DNA of 64,000 bases from assembly GCA_902787685.1 (NCBI GenBank), contig CADAHH010000004.1:96310-160309 (forward strand), in the 5' to 3' direction. The number at the start of each line of letters is the position of its first letter. Positions within the stretch are counted from its first letter, which is position 1. Both the position numbers and the translations under genes were made by a program. Source of the DNA: an uncultured Eubacteriales bacterium (lineage in GTDB: Bacteria > Bacillota > Clostridia > TANB77 > CAG-508). Of this stretch, positions 22,659 through 33,902 are shown piece after piece. The notes beneath the pieces are model-generated. The model was not told the origin of the DNA. It saw only the letters and a program-made list of their open reading frames with translations, and ran no database searches.

Positions 22659-25372
22659 CAATCATACCAATTGTTTGCTTCAGATATATCTGCAATTAAT
22701 GGCACTTTTAATTTTGCTGCACTTTCCATTGATTGTTTGATTATCTCTTTTATCTGTTCTTTTTCTTCTATTGGTGCTTCAATCATCATTTCGTCATGTA
22801 CTTGTAATACAATTTTAGATTTTAAGTCTTTTTCTTTTATTTTATTATATACTTTTATCATTGCAATTTTCATAATATCTGCTGCTGTTCCCTGAATAGG
22901 AGTATTCATTGCTGCCCTTTTTCCAAATTCCCTTACCATATAATTGCTTGATTTTAGCTCTTGAATATATCTTCTTCTTCCAAATTGTGTCTGGGCATAT
23001 CCTTTAAGTTTTGCAGTTTCTACTATATCTTCCATATATTTTTTTATTCCAGAATATTCTTCTAAATATTGGTCAATATATGCTTTTGCAGCTTTTCTTC
23101 CTATTCCTAATTGTTCTCCAAGTCCAAAGTCACTTATCCCATATACGATTCCAAAATTAACTGCTTTTGCATTACTTCTTTCTTCTTTGGTAATCTCTTC
23201 TATTGGTTTATGCAGCACTTTTGATGCTGCTTGTTTATGAATATCTTCTCCATTTTCAAAAGCCTCAATCATATGAGCATCTTCAGACATATGAGCTAAT
23301 ACTCTTAATTCTATTTGAGAATAATCGGCATCAATATATACATATCCTTCTTCTGGAATGAAAACTTTTCTTAATCTTTTTCCAAGTTCTATTCTTGTTG
23401 GTATATTTTGAAGGTTTGGCTCAGTTGAGCTTATTCTACCAGTTGCTGTTATTGTTTGATGGAAAAATGAATGTATTCTGCCTGTTTTAGGATTAATAAA
23501 TGGTCTCATTCCTTCTACATAAGTTGAGTTTAATTTTGCTAGTTGTCTATAATCTAATATTTTTTCTATTATAGGTGATTCTTTTTTCAACTTTTCTAAA
23601 ACATCTTCTGCTGTTGAATATCCACTTTTGGTCTTTTTTATTACAGGTAACTTCATTTTATCAAATAGTATTTCACCCAATTGTTTTGGTGAATTAATAT
23701 TAAATTCTTCTCCTGCTAATTCATATATTTCTTGTGTTAATAAATTTAATCCTTCTTTTAACTGCCCACCAAATTCTATTAAATCATTTTCATTTACTTT
23801 CATTCCATTCCATTGCATATTTGCTAATACTTCAATTGTAGGCATATCAATTGTTTCAAACAATTCTAGTTCATTTTGTTCTTTTAACTTTTGAGTTAGT
23901 ATTTCTGACATTTTACCTATTGCATATGCATATAGTGCATTTTTGTATGATATATCTTCTTTTTGATTTTCAGTGCTGTCAAATAATGTAATTTGTTTTG
24001 AATTTTCCTCATTTATTCCATTTTGAGCTAAATAGCTTGAAACACTTAAATTTAAGTATTGTTCAATTAGTCCATCAATTAGGTATTTTCCAATACTTGG
24101 GTCTAAAATATAAGCGCCAACTGTTATGTCATATTTCATATTATTAATCGTAATTCTCATTTGTTTTAATATAATATATACATTTGATAGTTCATACCCA
24201 ATTTTTTCTATTTCATTATTTTCAAATACTCGCTTTAAGAAACTTTTAAAGTCATTTTGTGTATTTTTTATAGAATATACTGTATTATTTTCATTATTAT
24301 AAATAGAAATTGATGTTACTTTGCTTTTAATTATAAGTTCTGGATTCAAATCATCTTCTAGTCCCAAATAAAATATAATTCTTTTTTGATTATTAATAAA
24401 TTGTTCAACTTCTTCTATTGTTGCATTTTCTTCTATCTTGAATAAATTAGCTAAATCTATATTAGTATTGTTACTTTGGTTTTTATCTTCTAAATTAAAT
24501 CTTTCTATAAATCTTTTAAAGTTCCACTCCCTAAATAGTTCTAAAACTTTTGCTCTATCCCATTCTTCTGTTTTTAATTCTTCAAGTGTATCTTCAATAG
24601 GGACATTAACATTTATTTCTCCTAATGTTCTTGAAAGAAAAGCCATATCTTTGTTTTCTATAATTGATTCTTTATTTTTGCCTTTTAAATCATCTGTTCC
24701 TTCTTCTATTGATTTATATAAATTTTCAATTGTTCCATATTTTTGAATTAAACTGATTGCCGTTTTAGGACCAATTCCTGGAACTCCGGGAATATTATCT
24801 GATGTATCACCTTGCAACCCTTTTACTTCTATTAATGCTTTAGGCTCTATTCCATATTCTTCAATTACTTTATTTCTATCATATTCATCTGTTTCAGTTT
24901 TACCTTGTTTAGTTCTTGGAATTCTTATTGTAACTTTATCTGTTGCAAGTTGGAATGTATCTCTATCTCCAGATAATATAGTAACATCAAGCCCTTCTTT
25001 TTCACCATATTGGCTAAGAGTTCCTAAAATATCATCTCCTTCGTAGCCTTCCATTTCAACAATATCTATATTCATAGCTTTTAAAACTTCTTTAATCATA
25101 GGCATTTGCTGAGCAAGTTCTTCTGGCATTCCATGGCGATTTGCTTTATATCCTTCATAAAGTTTATGTCGTTCTGTTTTGGCTTTTAAGTCAAAAGATA
25201 CAGCAATATAATCCGGGTTTAGATCTTCCAAATTTTTAAATAAAATAGCTAAAAAACCATATACTGCATTTGTATATTTTCCATTACTTGATAACATTTT
25301 ATTTCCCATTATTCCATAAAATGCTCTATTCATTATGCTATTTCCATCAATTAATAATAGTTTTTTATTCAA
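22652..25372 (-). CDS. polA: DNA polymerase I
   Basis: 5' nuclease N-terminus (LLLIDGNS), polymerase motif A DYSQIELR, motif C QVHDE. TTG start. Confidence 0.93.
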   Translation of the reverse strand: MNKKLLLIDGNSIMNRAFYGIMGNKMLSSNGKYTNAVYGFLAILFKNLEDLNPDYIAVSFDLKAKTERHKLYEGYKANRHGMPEELAQQMPMIKEVLKAMNIDIVEMEGYEGDDILGTLSQYGEKEGLDVTILSGDRDTFQLATDKVTIRIPRTKQGKTETDEYDRNKVIEEYGIEPKALIEVKGLQGDTSDNIPGVPGIGPKTAISLIQKYGTIENLYKSIEEGTDDLKGKNKESIIENKDMAFLSRTLGEINVNVPIEDTLEELKTEEWDRAKVLELFREWNFKRFIERFNLEDKNQSNNTNIDLANLFKIEENATIEEVEQFINNQKRIIFYLGLEDDLNPELIIKSKVTSISIYNNENNTVYSIKNTQNDFKSFLKRVFENNEIEKIGYELSNVYIILKQMRITINNMKYDITVGAYILDPSIGKYLIDGLIEQYLNLSVSSYLAQNGINEENSKQITLFDSTENQKEDISYKNALYAYAIGKMSEILTQKLKEQNELELFETIDMPTIEVLANMQWNGMKVNENDLIEFGGQLKEGLNLLTQEIYELAGEEFNINSPKQLGEILFDKMKLPVIKKTKSGYSTAEDVLEKLKKESPIIEKILDYRQLAKLNSTYVEGMRPFINPKTGRIHSFFHQTITATGRISSTEPNLQNIPTRIELGKRLRKVFIPEEGYVYIDADYSQIELRVLAHMSEDAHMIEAFENGEDIHKQAASKVLHKPIEEITKEERSNAKAVNFGIVYGISDFGLGEQLGIGRKAAKAYIDQYLEEYSGIKKYMEDIVETAKLKGYAQTQFGRRRYIQELKSSNYMVREFGKRAAMNTPIQGTAADIMKIAMIKVYNKIKEKDLKSKIVLQVHDEMMIEAPIEEKEQIKEIIKQSMESAAKLKVPLIADISEANNWYDCK

Positions 25373-26864
25373 ATTTGTTCCTCCTTATATATATTGTTCT
25401 ATTTTTGTTGTTTTTTATAATACAAATTAATATACCAAAAACAAAAATCATAAAAAATGGTACTCCATATCTAAAATTTTCTGAATTAATTAAAAATACT
25501 ATATTCGCATATAAAGTAAGCAATTGCATTTGTATTATTAATTTAATATTTTTTGAATTTTGCCAAATCATTAAAGGTGATAGCCAAATAAAATACCATG
25601 GTTGAAAATTTGTTATTAATAAAAATATAAATGCTAATAAAAATAAATATACTATTTTCATTTGTTTACTGAATATTATTGTTTTACTAAACAACAAGCT
25701 TACACATGTATTAAAATAAATAACAGTAAAAATTGCTAAAGCTATTGTTTTTATATATTCTGTTAAACCTGGTGGATTATTAAAATATTCTGAAATAAAC
25801 AAATATAATCCTTTAGCTATTCTTTCTCTTTGAGTTAATAATCCCATAAATATTCTAAAGTCTTTAAAAAATACTATATATGGAATTATTACAAATAATA
25901 TAAACAAACTACCAAATTTAATACAATTAATAATTCTTGTTTTTATATCTTGATTTTTATAATAATATATAATTATAAATGGTAAAAACAGTATTGTAAA
26001 ATATTTAATATCTGTTGCAAGAGCCAAGTATAATAAACATGAAATAATACTCTTTTTATTTAGTAATTGGTATAATGAGAGTAATAGGAAAAATATAACA
26101 AAAAGATCATTATGGACATTTGCAATACCTTCAATTAAAATAAAAGGATTTAATCCATATAATATTGGAAAGACTTTCTTTTTTGAAATTTTAAATAATA
26201 AATAACAATTTCCTATATGTATTAGTAAATTTATAATTTTAAAAATTAGTAGTCCTAATTCTAATCTTCCTAATGATAAAAAAGAGATTATGGAACATAT
26301 GATTGTCCAAACAGCACCATATACTACAGTTGTTTTTGCCCAATAATTTTTATAACCTTTTTGCATTACAGTATCTTTTTCCATATTTATTTCATTATTA
26401 TCTATAAAACTTTTCATATCGGTATAATAAGGATTCTGATGATATTCTTCAGCTAATCTTCCGATTCCCAAATAATAAAACACATCTGAACACCAAAAAG
26501 GAACTACAAAAACAAATATAGAAGATACTATAGTTATGAATATAAATATCTGATTTACATTCTTAAATATTTGCTTTCTAAACTTTATTATCATAAAATA
26601 GATTATTACTATTATAGTAATAATTATTGTATATATTATTGCTTGATATAATCTATTTATATTATTTGTAAGTAAAAAACAATATTCTAAATTACCATCA
26701 AAATTAAGCAATGTTTTATTATTGAACAAATAAACATATGATGGAATTGCAAAAATAATTGCCATTATAATAAACAAAGCTTTTATATTTTTTAAAAATG
26801 TTTGCATTATTTTATATTTGAAATCTTTTTTCAATATTTTTGTATCTCCTAACTTATTTAACAA
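25365..26864 (-). CDS. Large polytopic membrane protein (GT-C-like glycosyltransferase fold is possible)
   Basis: 12 or more hydrophobic segments. Function and exact start are uncertain. Confidence 0.5.
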   Translation of the reverse strand: MLNKLGDTKILKKDFKYKIMQTFLKNIKALFIIMAIIFAIPSYVYLFNNKTLLNFDGNLEYCFLLTNNINRLYQAIIYTIIITIIVIIYFMIIKFRKQIFKNVNQIFIFITIVSSIFVFVVPFWCSDVFYYLGIGRLAEEYHQNPYYTDMKSFIDNNEINMEKDTVMQKGYKNYWAKTTVVYGAVWTIICSIISFLSLGRLELGLLIFKIINLLIHIGNCYLLFKISKKKVFPILYGLNPFILIEGIANVHNDLFVIFFLLLSLYQLLNKKSIISCLLYLALATDIKYFTILFLPFIIIYYYKNQDIKTRIINCIKFGSLFILFVIIPYIVFFKDFRIFMGLLTQRERIAKGLYLFISEYFNNPPGLTEYIKTIALAIFTVIYFNTCVSLLFSKTIIFSKQMKIVYLFLLAFIFLLITNFQPWYFIWLSPLMIWQNSKNIKLIIQMQLLTLYANIVFLINSENFRYGVPFFMIFVFGILICIIKNNKNRTIYIRRNKFE

Positions 26865-27369
26865 TATTTGCTATAACTCCAAAAGACAATATCATCATTA
26901 TTATACTTGCCATAACCACTCCAATACATACAGATATAAATGTTTTCTTTTTATCCATTTCTAAAACAGATGCAATAAGAGAACCTGTCCACGCACCTGT
27001 CCCTGGAAGTGGAATTCCAACAAATAAAATCACTCCTAAATATCCGTACTTTTCAATTTGACCTTTGTGTTTTTCAACTTTTTTATCTAACCAATTTGCA
27101 ATTTTACTAAAGTGCCTACTAGTTCTCATCCAAGATAATATCTTATTTATTAAAAGAAGAATAAATGGAACAGGTAAAATATTTCCAATTATACATATTA
27201 TATAACTCTTTAAAGGGCTTAATCCTAATAATGCTGCTGCAATTAGTCCTCCTCTTAATTCTAAAATTGGCATTAAAGAAATAATAAAAACAAGCATTTC
27301 TTTACCAAATTTTATTGCGGTTAACCCTCCAAATGCACCTATTATCGTATTTACTAATTTTTCATTCAT
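26854..27369 (-). CDS. Small multidrug-export-like (COG2426) membrane protein
   Basis: PILELRGGLIAA motif and four TM segments. Confidence 0.6.
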   Translation of the reverse strand: MNEKLVNTIIGAFGGLTAIKFGKEMLVFIISLMPILELRGGLIAAALLGLSPLKSYIICIIGNILPVPFILLLINKILSWMRTSRHFSKIANWLDKKVEKHKGQIEKYGYLGVILFVGIPLPGTGAWTGSLIASVLEMDKKKTFISVCIGVVMASIIMMILSFGVIANIVK

Positions 27370-27520
27370 TTTTTAATCCTTTCAAGCTTTAGCTTTTAAT
27401 ATTTTACATTAACTAATTAAAAAAAACAACATTATTATATGTTTATTCATAAATACTTTTATTTTCAAAACAGTCTAATTAATTATAATATTTATATCTT
27501 TCCAATAATTAGAATACTTT

Positions 27521-28600
27521 TTACGTATTTTCTTTAACTTCATATCCAAATTCTTTTAATATTTTATAGGCTTTTTCCATTTGTTCATAAGTATAAAAAA
27601 CAATTTTTAAAACTCCATAATTGTTTTCTCTATTATTAAGTATTTCAATGTTTTTTATTCCAATATCATTATCGCTTAATATATTAACAATTTTAGCTAA
27701 TGCACCATTTTCATCCTTAATGTTTATATTTAATTCAGGCATAGTATTACCATTTACTTTTTTGTTTATAAATGAGTCTCTATATTTTTTTGCTGAATCT
27801 ATAAAATTATAAGTTATTTCACTATTAGAAATATTTTGTTCAAATTGATTAATTATTTCCTTAAATATTGATAATATTTTTAAGATTTCATCTTTATTCT
27901 CACTACAAATATTTTCCCACATTAAAGGATCTGACGAAGCAATCCTTGTAATATCTTTAAACCCTCCTGCTGCTAAGTTTTTCATTGTTTCATTTTTATC
28001 ATCCAATTGTTTTACTAAACTTACCAAACTAAAAGCAATTACATGTGGTACATGACTAATAGTTGCTGTAATATAATCATGTTTATCTTCATCAATAATA
28101 ATTGGAATTGCTTTTATTGCTAAAATCAAATCTTTTAACGTATTTATTGCTCTATCTGTTGATTTTGGAGATTTAGTAATAATATAATATGAATTTTCAA
28201 AAAGAAATTCTTTTGATGTTTTATATCCTGATCTTTCTGAACCTACCATTGGATGTCCTCCAACAAACTCTCTATGTAATTTTTTGGATTGTTCAATAAT
28301 CTTCTTTTTTGTACTACCTGTATCTGTTATAATGCAATTTTCATTAACAACCTTGTCAAGTTCTTGTTCTATAATAGGAATGTATTTTACAGGTGTACAG
28401 ATAAATACAATATCACATTCATAAAATTTATCATCAATTTTGTCAGAATAATCTGTAATTACATTTTCATTTTTAGCTAATTTCAAACTATCAATATCTA
28501 TATCATATGCTATTATTTTATTTACTATATCTGTTGATTTTAAACTTTTTGCAAGAGATCCTCCTAAAAAACCCAATCCAATAATCCCTATATTATACAT
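27521..28600 (-). CDS. tyrA: Prephenate dehydrogenase with a C-terminal ACT domain
   Basis: Rossmann motif GIIGLGFLGGSLA and the HPMVGSE region. Confidence 0.85.
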   Translation of the reverse strand: MYNIGIIGLGFLGGSLAKSLKSTDIVNKIIAYDIDIDSLKLAKNENVITDYSDKIDDKFYECDIVFICTPVKYIPIIEQELDKVVNENCIITDTGSTKKKIIEQSKKLHREFVGGHPMVGSERSGYKTSKEFLFENSYYIITKSPKSTDRAINTLKDLILAIKAIPIIIDEDKHDYITATISHVPHVIAFSLVSLVKQLDDKNETMKNLAAGGFKDITRIASSDPLMWENICSENKDEILKILSIFKEIINQFEQNISNSEITYNFIDSAKKYRDSFINKKVNGNTMPELNINIKDENGALAKIVNILSDNDIGIKNIEILNNRENNYGVLKIVFYTYEQMEKAYKILKEFGYEVKENT

Positions 28601-28614
28601 CTAAACTTCTCCTT

Positions 28615-29808
28615 TTAAATTGCATTTTTCTTTATTTCATCCATCAATTCTTTAAATCTATCTATAGATTTTTTAACTATTTTTGTCTCTGTACAAAACG
28701 CTAATCTTACATAACCTGGCATTGCAAATGAACTTCCTGGTACCATTAAAATATTAAATTTCTTTGCAATATTACAAAACTCTTTCTCATCTTTTATTGG
28801 TGATTTTAAAAATAAATAGAATGTTCCTTGAGGCTTTTTGCACTCATATCCATTATCTATTAATCCATTATATAGAATATCTCTATTTTTTTCATATTCT
28901 GACATATCACATGTTATATTTACACATTCAGCAATAGCCTTTTGAATTAAAGATGGAGCATTTACAAATCCTAATATTCTAGTTGAAATCGTCAACGCTT
29001 GTATTAATTCTTCACTATTTTCTACTTCATCAGGTATTGCAACAAACCCAATACGTTCACCTGGTAAAGATAAGCTTTTACTATAACAATATATAACAAT
29101 TGTATCTTTATAATAATGTGTTAAATATGGTACATTAATATTATCATAAACGATTTCTCTATATGGCTCATCAGAAATTAGATATATTGTATGATTGAAC
29201 TCTTTCTCTTTCATTTTTAATATTCTTGCAAGTTCTTCTATTATCTTTTCAGAATACACTATTCCTGATGGGTTATTAGGGCTATTTACTATAACAGCTT
29301 TTGTATTAGAAGTAATCTTTTTTTCAAAATCTTCCATATCAGGTTCAAAGTTTTCATTACATAATACTTCCACAACTTTTCCATTATAATTTTCTATGTA
29401 ATTTTTATACTCCATAAAATATGGAATAAAAACAATAACTTCTTCATCTGGATTTAAAATAGATTCTAAAGTAACATTAATTCCTCCAGCAGCTCCAACA
29501 CTCATAATAATATTTTTATTACTGTATTTGGTATTAAACCTTAAATTTAATGATTCAGCTATTTTTTGCCTTACATCTTCATATCCACTATTACTCATAT
29601 AATTATGAATACTATTTTCCTCTAAACTTTTTCTAATTGCCAAATTCACTTCATCAGGTGGCTGAACACTTGGATTTCCCAAACTAAAATCATAAACATT
29701 TTCTTCTCCGTATTTTTCCTTGAGTTTCTTTCCTTCTTCAAACATTTGACGTATAACTGAATTATTATTTACTAATTTTTTCATTCTATTTGAAATCATA
29801 TTTAGCAC
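28615..29808 (-). CDS. Class I/II PLP-dependent aminotransferase (aromatic/aspartate type)
   Basis: NPSGIVYS...YSKSLSLPGERIG (PLP lysine region). Start is either GTG 29808 or ATG 29799. Confidence 0.8.
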   Translation of the reverse strand: MLNMISNRMKKLVNNNSVIRQMFEEGKKLKEKYGEENVYDFSLGNPSVQPPDEVNLAIRKSLEENSIHNYMSNSGYEDVRQKIAESLNLRFNTKYSNKNIIMSVGAAGGINVTLESILNPDEEVIVFIPYFMEYKNYIENYNGKVVEVLCNENFEPDMEDFEKKITSNTKAVIVNSPNNPSGIVYSEKIIEELARILKMKEKEFNHTIYLISDEPYREIVYDNINVPYLTHYYKDTIVIYCYSKSLSLPGERIGFVAIPDEVENSEELIQALTISTRILGFVNAPSLIQKAIAECVNITCDMSEYEKNRDILYNGLIDNGYECKKPQGTFYLFLKSPIKDEKEFCNIAKKFNILMVPGSSFAMPGYVRLAFCTETKIVKKSIDRFKELMDEIKKNAI

Positions 29809-29824
29809 ACACTCCTTTGCATAT

Positions 29825-30619
29825 TTATATTTCTTCGTATCTGCCTAGAACTTTTAAATAATTACATTCGTTATTTAATTCTTGCATAACCTTATTTATA
29901 TTTTCATTGATATCTAAATCAACTAAAAAAATATACTCACCTAATTTTGTTTTTGCTGGTCTTGATTCAATTTTAGTTAGGTTTATTTTATTTTTATTAA
30001 AAACACCTAACACTTGGTATAATGCTCCTGGTTTATGTTTTGTAGAAAAAATTAAAGACATTTTATTACCTTTATTTATTTCTTTTTTACTTAAAACCCA
30101 AAATTTAGTAATATTAAAATCATTGTCTTGAATATTTTCACCTAATAATTGAAGTCCATATTCTTCTAAGCAACTAATATTTGCAATACATGCACAATAG
30201 TCCTTTTGGGTAATTTCCTTTGCAGCAAGTGCAGTACTTGAAACCTTAATAATTTTAATGTTTTTCAAATTTTTATCAATATATTTTCTACATTGTGCAA
30301 TTGCCTGTGGGTGTGAATATAATTCTTTAATTTCATTTAGTTTGTATTTTTTATTTGCCAATAAATTTTGATTTATTTTCATCTTAATTTCTTTATTTAC
30401 AAAAATCCCATCATTTTCAATAATAGCATCAATAGTCTCTGTGACTCCTCCTTGTATTGAGTTTTCAATTGGTACTACTGCTTCATCTATTTCTTCATTT
30501 TTTAAGCTTATAATTACTTCTAAAATTGTATTAAACTCAACCAATTCTGCTGATTTATAATAATTTTTTGCTACTTCAAATGAAAATGTCCCTTTAGGGC
30601 CTAAATATCCTACTTTCAT
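29825..30619 (-). CDS. pheA: Prephenate dehydratase
   Basis: PDT domain plus ACT domain with TKIESRPAK. Confidence 0.85.
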   Translation of the reverse strand: MKVGYLGPKGTFSFEVAKNYYKSAELVEFNTILEVIISLKNEEIDEAVVPIENSIQGGVTETIDAIIENDGIFVNKEIKMKINQNLLANKKYKLNEIKELYSHPQAIAQCRKYIDKNLKNIKIIKVSSTALAAKEITQKDYCACIANISCLEEYGLQLLGENIQDNDFNITKFWVLSKKEINKGNKMSLIFSTKHKPGALYQVLGVFNKNKINLTKIESRPAKTKLGEYIFLVDLDINENINKVMQELNNECNYLKVLGRYEEI

Positions 30620-30748
30620 ATATATTCTCCTATTATTATTTAACTATTTATAATAGTATCATTAATTGTATAGAAATTTCAATAGTTTAATGTTTTAATA
30701 CTTTTTCATTTAATTCTTTACAATATATTTGATCTAATTATGATTTCT

Positions 30749-31274
30749 TCAAATATCATATTCTTTTACCTCACAATTCTTAATTCCATAATTCGCTAAA
30801 TTTCTATTTTTTGGAACCCCCTCAAAATAACATCTAAAAATTCTAGATACTCCTCCGATGAGATACAATTAAAACATTTTTTTCTTTATATTTATTCTTT
30901 ATATCTTCTATAAAACCATATATTCTTTTTTGAAAATCCGAAATATTTTCTCCATTGATGCTTTTATAGTCAAAATCAAAATTCCAATAGTCTTCAGAAT
31001 ACACTTTTCCTTCCAAATTTCCAAAATTCATTTCCATTATTCTTTCATCTATTATAACCTCTTTTTGCATATTAAGATTTATAATTTTAGCTGTTTGTAT
31101 TGCTCTTTTTAATGGTGATACAATAATAATATCAATATTTTTATTTTCTATTACTTCTCTTATATCATTTGCTTGTTCTATTCCATTATCATTTAATTCC
31201 AAATCAGATATTCCTTGCATCCTTTTAGGATTATTAAAATTTGTCTGCCCATGCCTCACAAATATTATCTTCAT
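30749..31274 (-). pseudogene. Histidine phosphatase family protein, frame broken (+1) at CGG 30857-30855
   Basis: RHGQT at the N-terminus. The 0 frame reads VSH-RRSI-stop. Skipping the C gives VSHGGVSRIFRCYFEGVPKNRNLANYGIKNCEVKEYDI-stop (30749), which restores the conserved SHGG motif. Confidence 0.85.
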
Positions 31275-31416
31275 TATCTTTTCCTCTTCTACAAATTCTT
31301 AATTAAATTAATCTCTCATAATTGTTTTATGAATTTCTTTTAAAAAAAATAGTCCTTTGTCTTTATCACTACAACTTTGTAGTTAAGAATTTAATATTAA
31401 ATGTCTTAAATTTTTT

Positions 31417-31941
31417 TTATTTTAAAAAACCTAAATCTTTAAAATAGTCTTTTACTTGCTCTATTACTTCTAGTACCTCTTTTATTTTTCTTTCATTCGC
31501 ATTTTTTTGAGCATATTCTGAAATATCTCTTAAATATTTTATACCTTTTCCAAATTTCTCAGTCATCCAATCATAATTAGGGAAAATCCAAATGTGTAAA
31601 TGCTTAGATCGTTCTTCTTGAACCAATGTTACTTCATTGGTAATATTTAATTCTTTCAAAGCTTTTTCTGCATAAAATATAACATCTGCAACTTCGTATC
31701 TTTCTTCTTTACTAAGTTGTGCAAATGAATTAATATGTCTTTTAACATTTACTATTAAAAAACCTGGTATTGGAATTTCTGGGTCAGCACCTAATAATGT
31801 ATGCTTTCCTTCATAAATAATTCCTCCTGGAATTGTAATTTGTTTGTTTGAAATAGCACATCCCATACATTCATAGTTCCATTTATTTCCTAAAAAATCA
31901 ATTGCAGTTTTAGAATTTCCTGCAAAATTTTCATCTTTCAT
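31417..31941 (-). CDS. HIT-family nucleotide hydrolase/transferase
   Basis: Histidine triad HLHIWIFP. Start set at MKDENF, with an ATGA overlap onto the queH stop. Confidence 0.75.
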   Translation of the reverse strand: MKDENFAGNSKTAIDFLGNKWNYECMGCAISNKQITIPGGIIYEGKHTLLGADPEIPIPGFLIVNVKRHINSFAQLSKEERYEVADVIFYAEKALKELNITNEVTLVQEERSKHLHIWIFPNYDWMTEKFGKGIKYLRDISEYAQKNANERKIKEVLEVIEQVKDYFKDLGFLK

Positions 31942-32519
31942 AATTTCCTCCACTCAAATCCTTCTGGCAAGCTTAAAGAATCTTTCTTTTTCTTTAAATA
32001 CCTATCTTCCTCTGAAAACACACATCCACAATACTTTTGCATATATAGCCCCGCTTCTTTTGCTTTATCATGTCCTTCCCAAAATCCATATCTAAAATCT
32101 CTATATAAAAATTCAATTCCATAATCTTTGCTTAAATCTTCACATAACTTTTTTATATATTCATGTTTTTGATAAATACTATATAAAAGAGTTGTTGTTA
32201 CTGCTTCATATCCATTTTCTTTTGCATATTCAAATGTTTTTTTCATACGTATAGGATAGCAATACTCTACACATCTTGAATTTAAATTATTAGCTACATT
32301 TTTGCAAAACTCATCTAAACCATATTCATCTTCAAATATGGCTTTTACATTTATTTTCTCTGCATATACTCTTAAACAATCTCTTCTTGCTTCATATTCT
32401 TTATATGGATGAATATTTGGATTATACCAATAAAGTACTGGTTCAATACTTTCTTTTCTTAATTCATCTATACAATATACACTACAAGGGGCACAACATG
32501 TATGCATTAATAATTTCAT
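31938..32519 (-). CDS. queH: Epoxyqueuosine reductase QueH (DUF208)
   Basis: N-terminal MHTCCAPCS and DUF208-like sequence. Confidence 0.8.
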   Translation of the reverse strand: MKLLMHTCCAPCSVYCIDELRKESIEPVLYWYNPNIHPYKEYEARRDCLRVYAEKINVKAIFEDEYGLDEFCKNVANNLNSRCVEYCYPIRMKKTFEYAKENGYEAVTTTLLYSIYQKHEYIKKLCEDLSKDYGIEFLYRDFRYGFWEGHDKAKEAGLYMQKYCGCVFSEEDRYLKKKKDSLSLPEGFEWRKL

Positions 32520-32565
32520 TTAACTTCTCCTTTAGCATTTTTATTTTCTTGTTACAATTTATATC

Positions 32566-32640
32566 CGCAACTTTGCTGTGCATTGTATATACTTTTTTCT
32601 CGACTAAAGCACGAAAAAAGATATACAATGCCGCCGTTGC
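32566..32640. repeat. Long intergenic hairpin (MITE-like)
   Basis: gcattgtatatacttttttctcg pairs with cgaaaaaagatatacaatgc, flanked by gcaac/gttgc. Confidence 0.55.
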
Positions 32641-33701
32641 TACTCTACACTATCAATTTTTTTGCTTGCTTCTGTTTCATTTATATCTTTATTTTTTTTA
32701 TATTTAACTTTTACATAAATATCATTAATTACTGCAACAATAAAACTAATTGCAACTAATAAATAAAAATTAATAAATCTATCTACTACCATTGCTGTTT
32801 CTAACATATTTTTATCTTTGTAAATATGTTCAAATAATGCAAGATATGCACTTTCGCTTGCTCCTACTGACCCTGGTAATGGAATTCCTGAAACTGTGCC
32901 ATATAAAACTGATTGTGTTGCAATTAAATTGATCATATTATATTCATTAAATCCAAGTGCTCTATATACAAAATATGTAACTGAAAAAAGAGAGATATAT
33001 TGTATATATGTTCTTATCAAAACTTTAATTATTACTCGTTTTCGACTTCTTATTTCTTTTGCATTTTTTTGATATTTTTGTAATCCATTTTCTAGTTTTT
33101 CTTTTTTGTTTTCAATATTTTTAATTTTAAAAAATTTCATAACTTTTACTAAAAAGCTAATTATTCCTTTGCTAACTCTTCTTGAAAATATTGCAACTAG
33201 AAGGAATATTAATGCACTAAGATTTAAGAATATTCCTAAAATAAATAGTAATATCATTGGTAATTTCATATATTTGTAATTAAATACCATATTAAACAAT
33301 GCAAGAGAAATAGTTGCAACTTGCATACAACTTAGATTTATCAAAAATGTAAGTGTACTGTTTTCCACTTTTACATTATCTTTATGCATATAATAAATCT
33401 GCATTGGTTGTCCTCCAGAAGCTGCAGGAGTTATGGCACTAAAGAAAAAACCAATAAGTGAATATTTTATACATTTCCAAATTGTAGTTTTTTCATTTAA
33501 ATTTCTTAGCATTTTACGTATATTAAAGCCATCACATATTACAAAAAAACTCATAAATACTATTGCTAAAACAATAAATTTTATATCAACTCTTCCAATT
33601 AAATTTAGTATTTCTTGGAAATTTTGTCCCCTAAAAATAAAATAAAATGTTAAATATATTAACAATAAAAATATTGATACATTTCTTATATTCTTTTTCA
33701 T
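32640..33701 (-). CDS. UPF0104/flippase-like (LPG synthase TM region) membrane protein
   Basis: Eight or so TM segments, with the GGQP motif in AASGGQPMQIYY. Confidence 0.6.
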   Translation of the reverse strand: MKKNIRNVSIFLLLIYLTFYFIFRGQNFQEILNLIGRVDIKFIVLAIVFMSFFVICDGFNIRKMLRNLNEKTTIWKCIKYSLIGFFFSAITPAASGGQPMQIYYMHKDNVKVENSTLTFLINLSCMQVATISLALFNMVFNYKYMKLPMILLFILGIFLNLSALIFLLVAIFSRRVSKGIISFLVKVMKFFKIKNIENKKEKLENGLQKYQKNAKEIRSRKRVIIKVLIRTYIQYISLFSVTYFVYRALGFNEYNMINLIATQSVLYGTVSGIPLPGSVGASESAYLALFEHIYKDKNMLETAMVVDRFINFYLLVAISFIVAVINDIYVKVKYKKNKDINETEASKKIDSVE

Positions 33702-33902
33702 TTTAGTAAGATCCTTTCTTAATGCTTATTTTATAATAATCATGTTATTTTTTCAATACATTTCTTTAATTTGTTTTGACCATGTTACTATAAAGTAACA
33801 AAACTCGTATGTAAAATGTTAATAATAACTATTAATAATATACTATAATTTATATAGCGAAATAATAGAAAATTACTTTTTAAAGGATAATTGGAGTTTT
33901 TT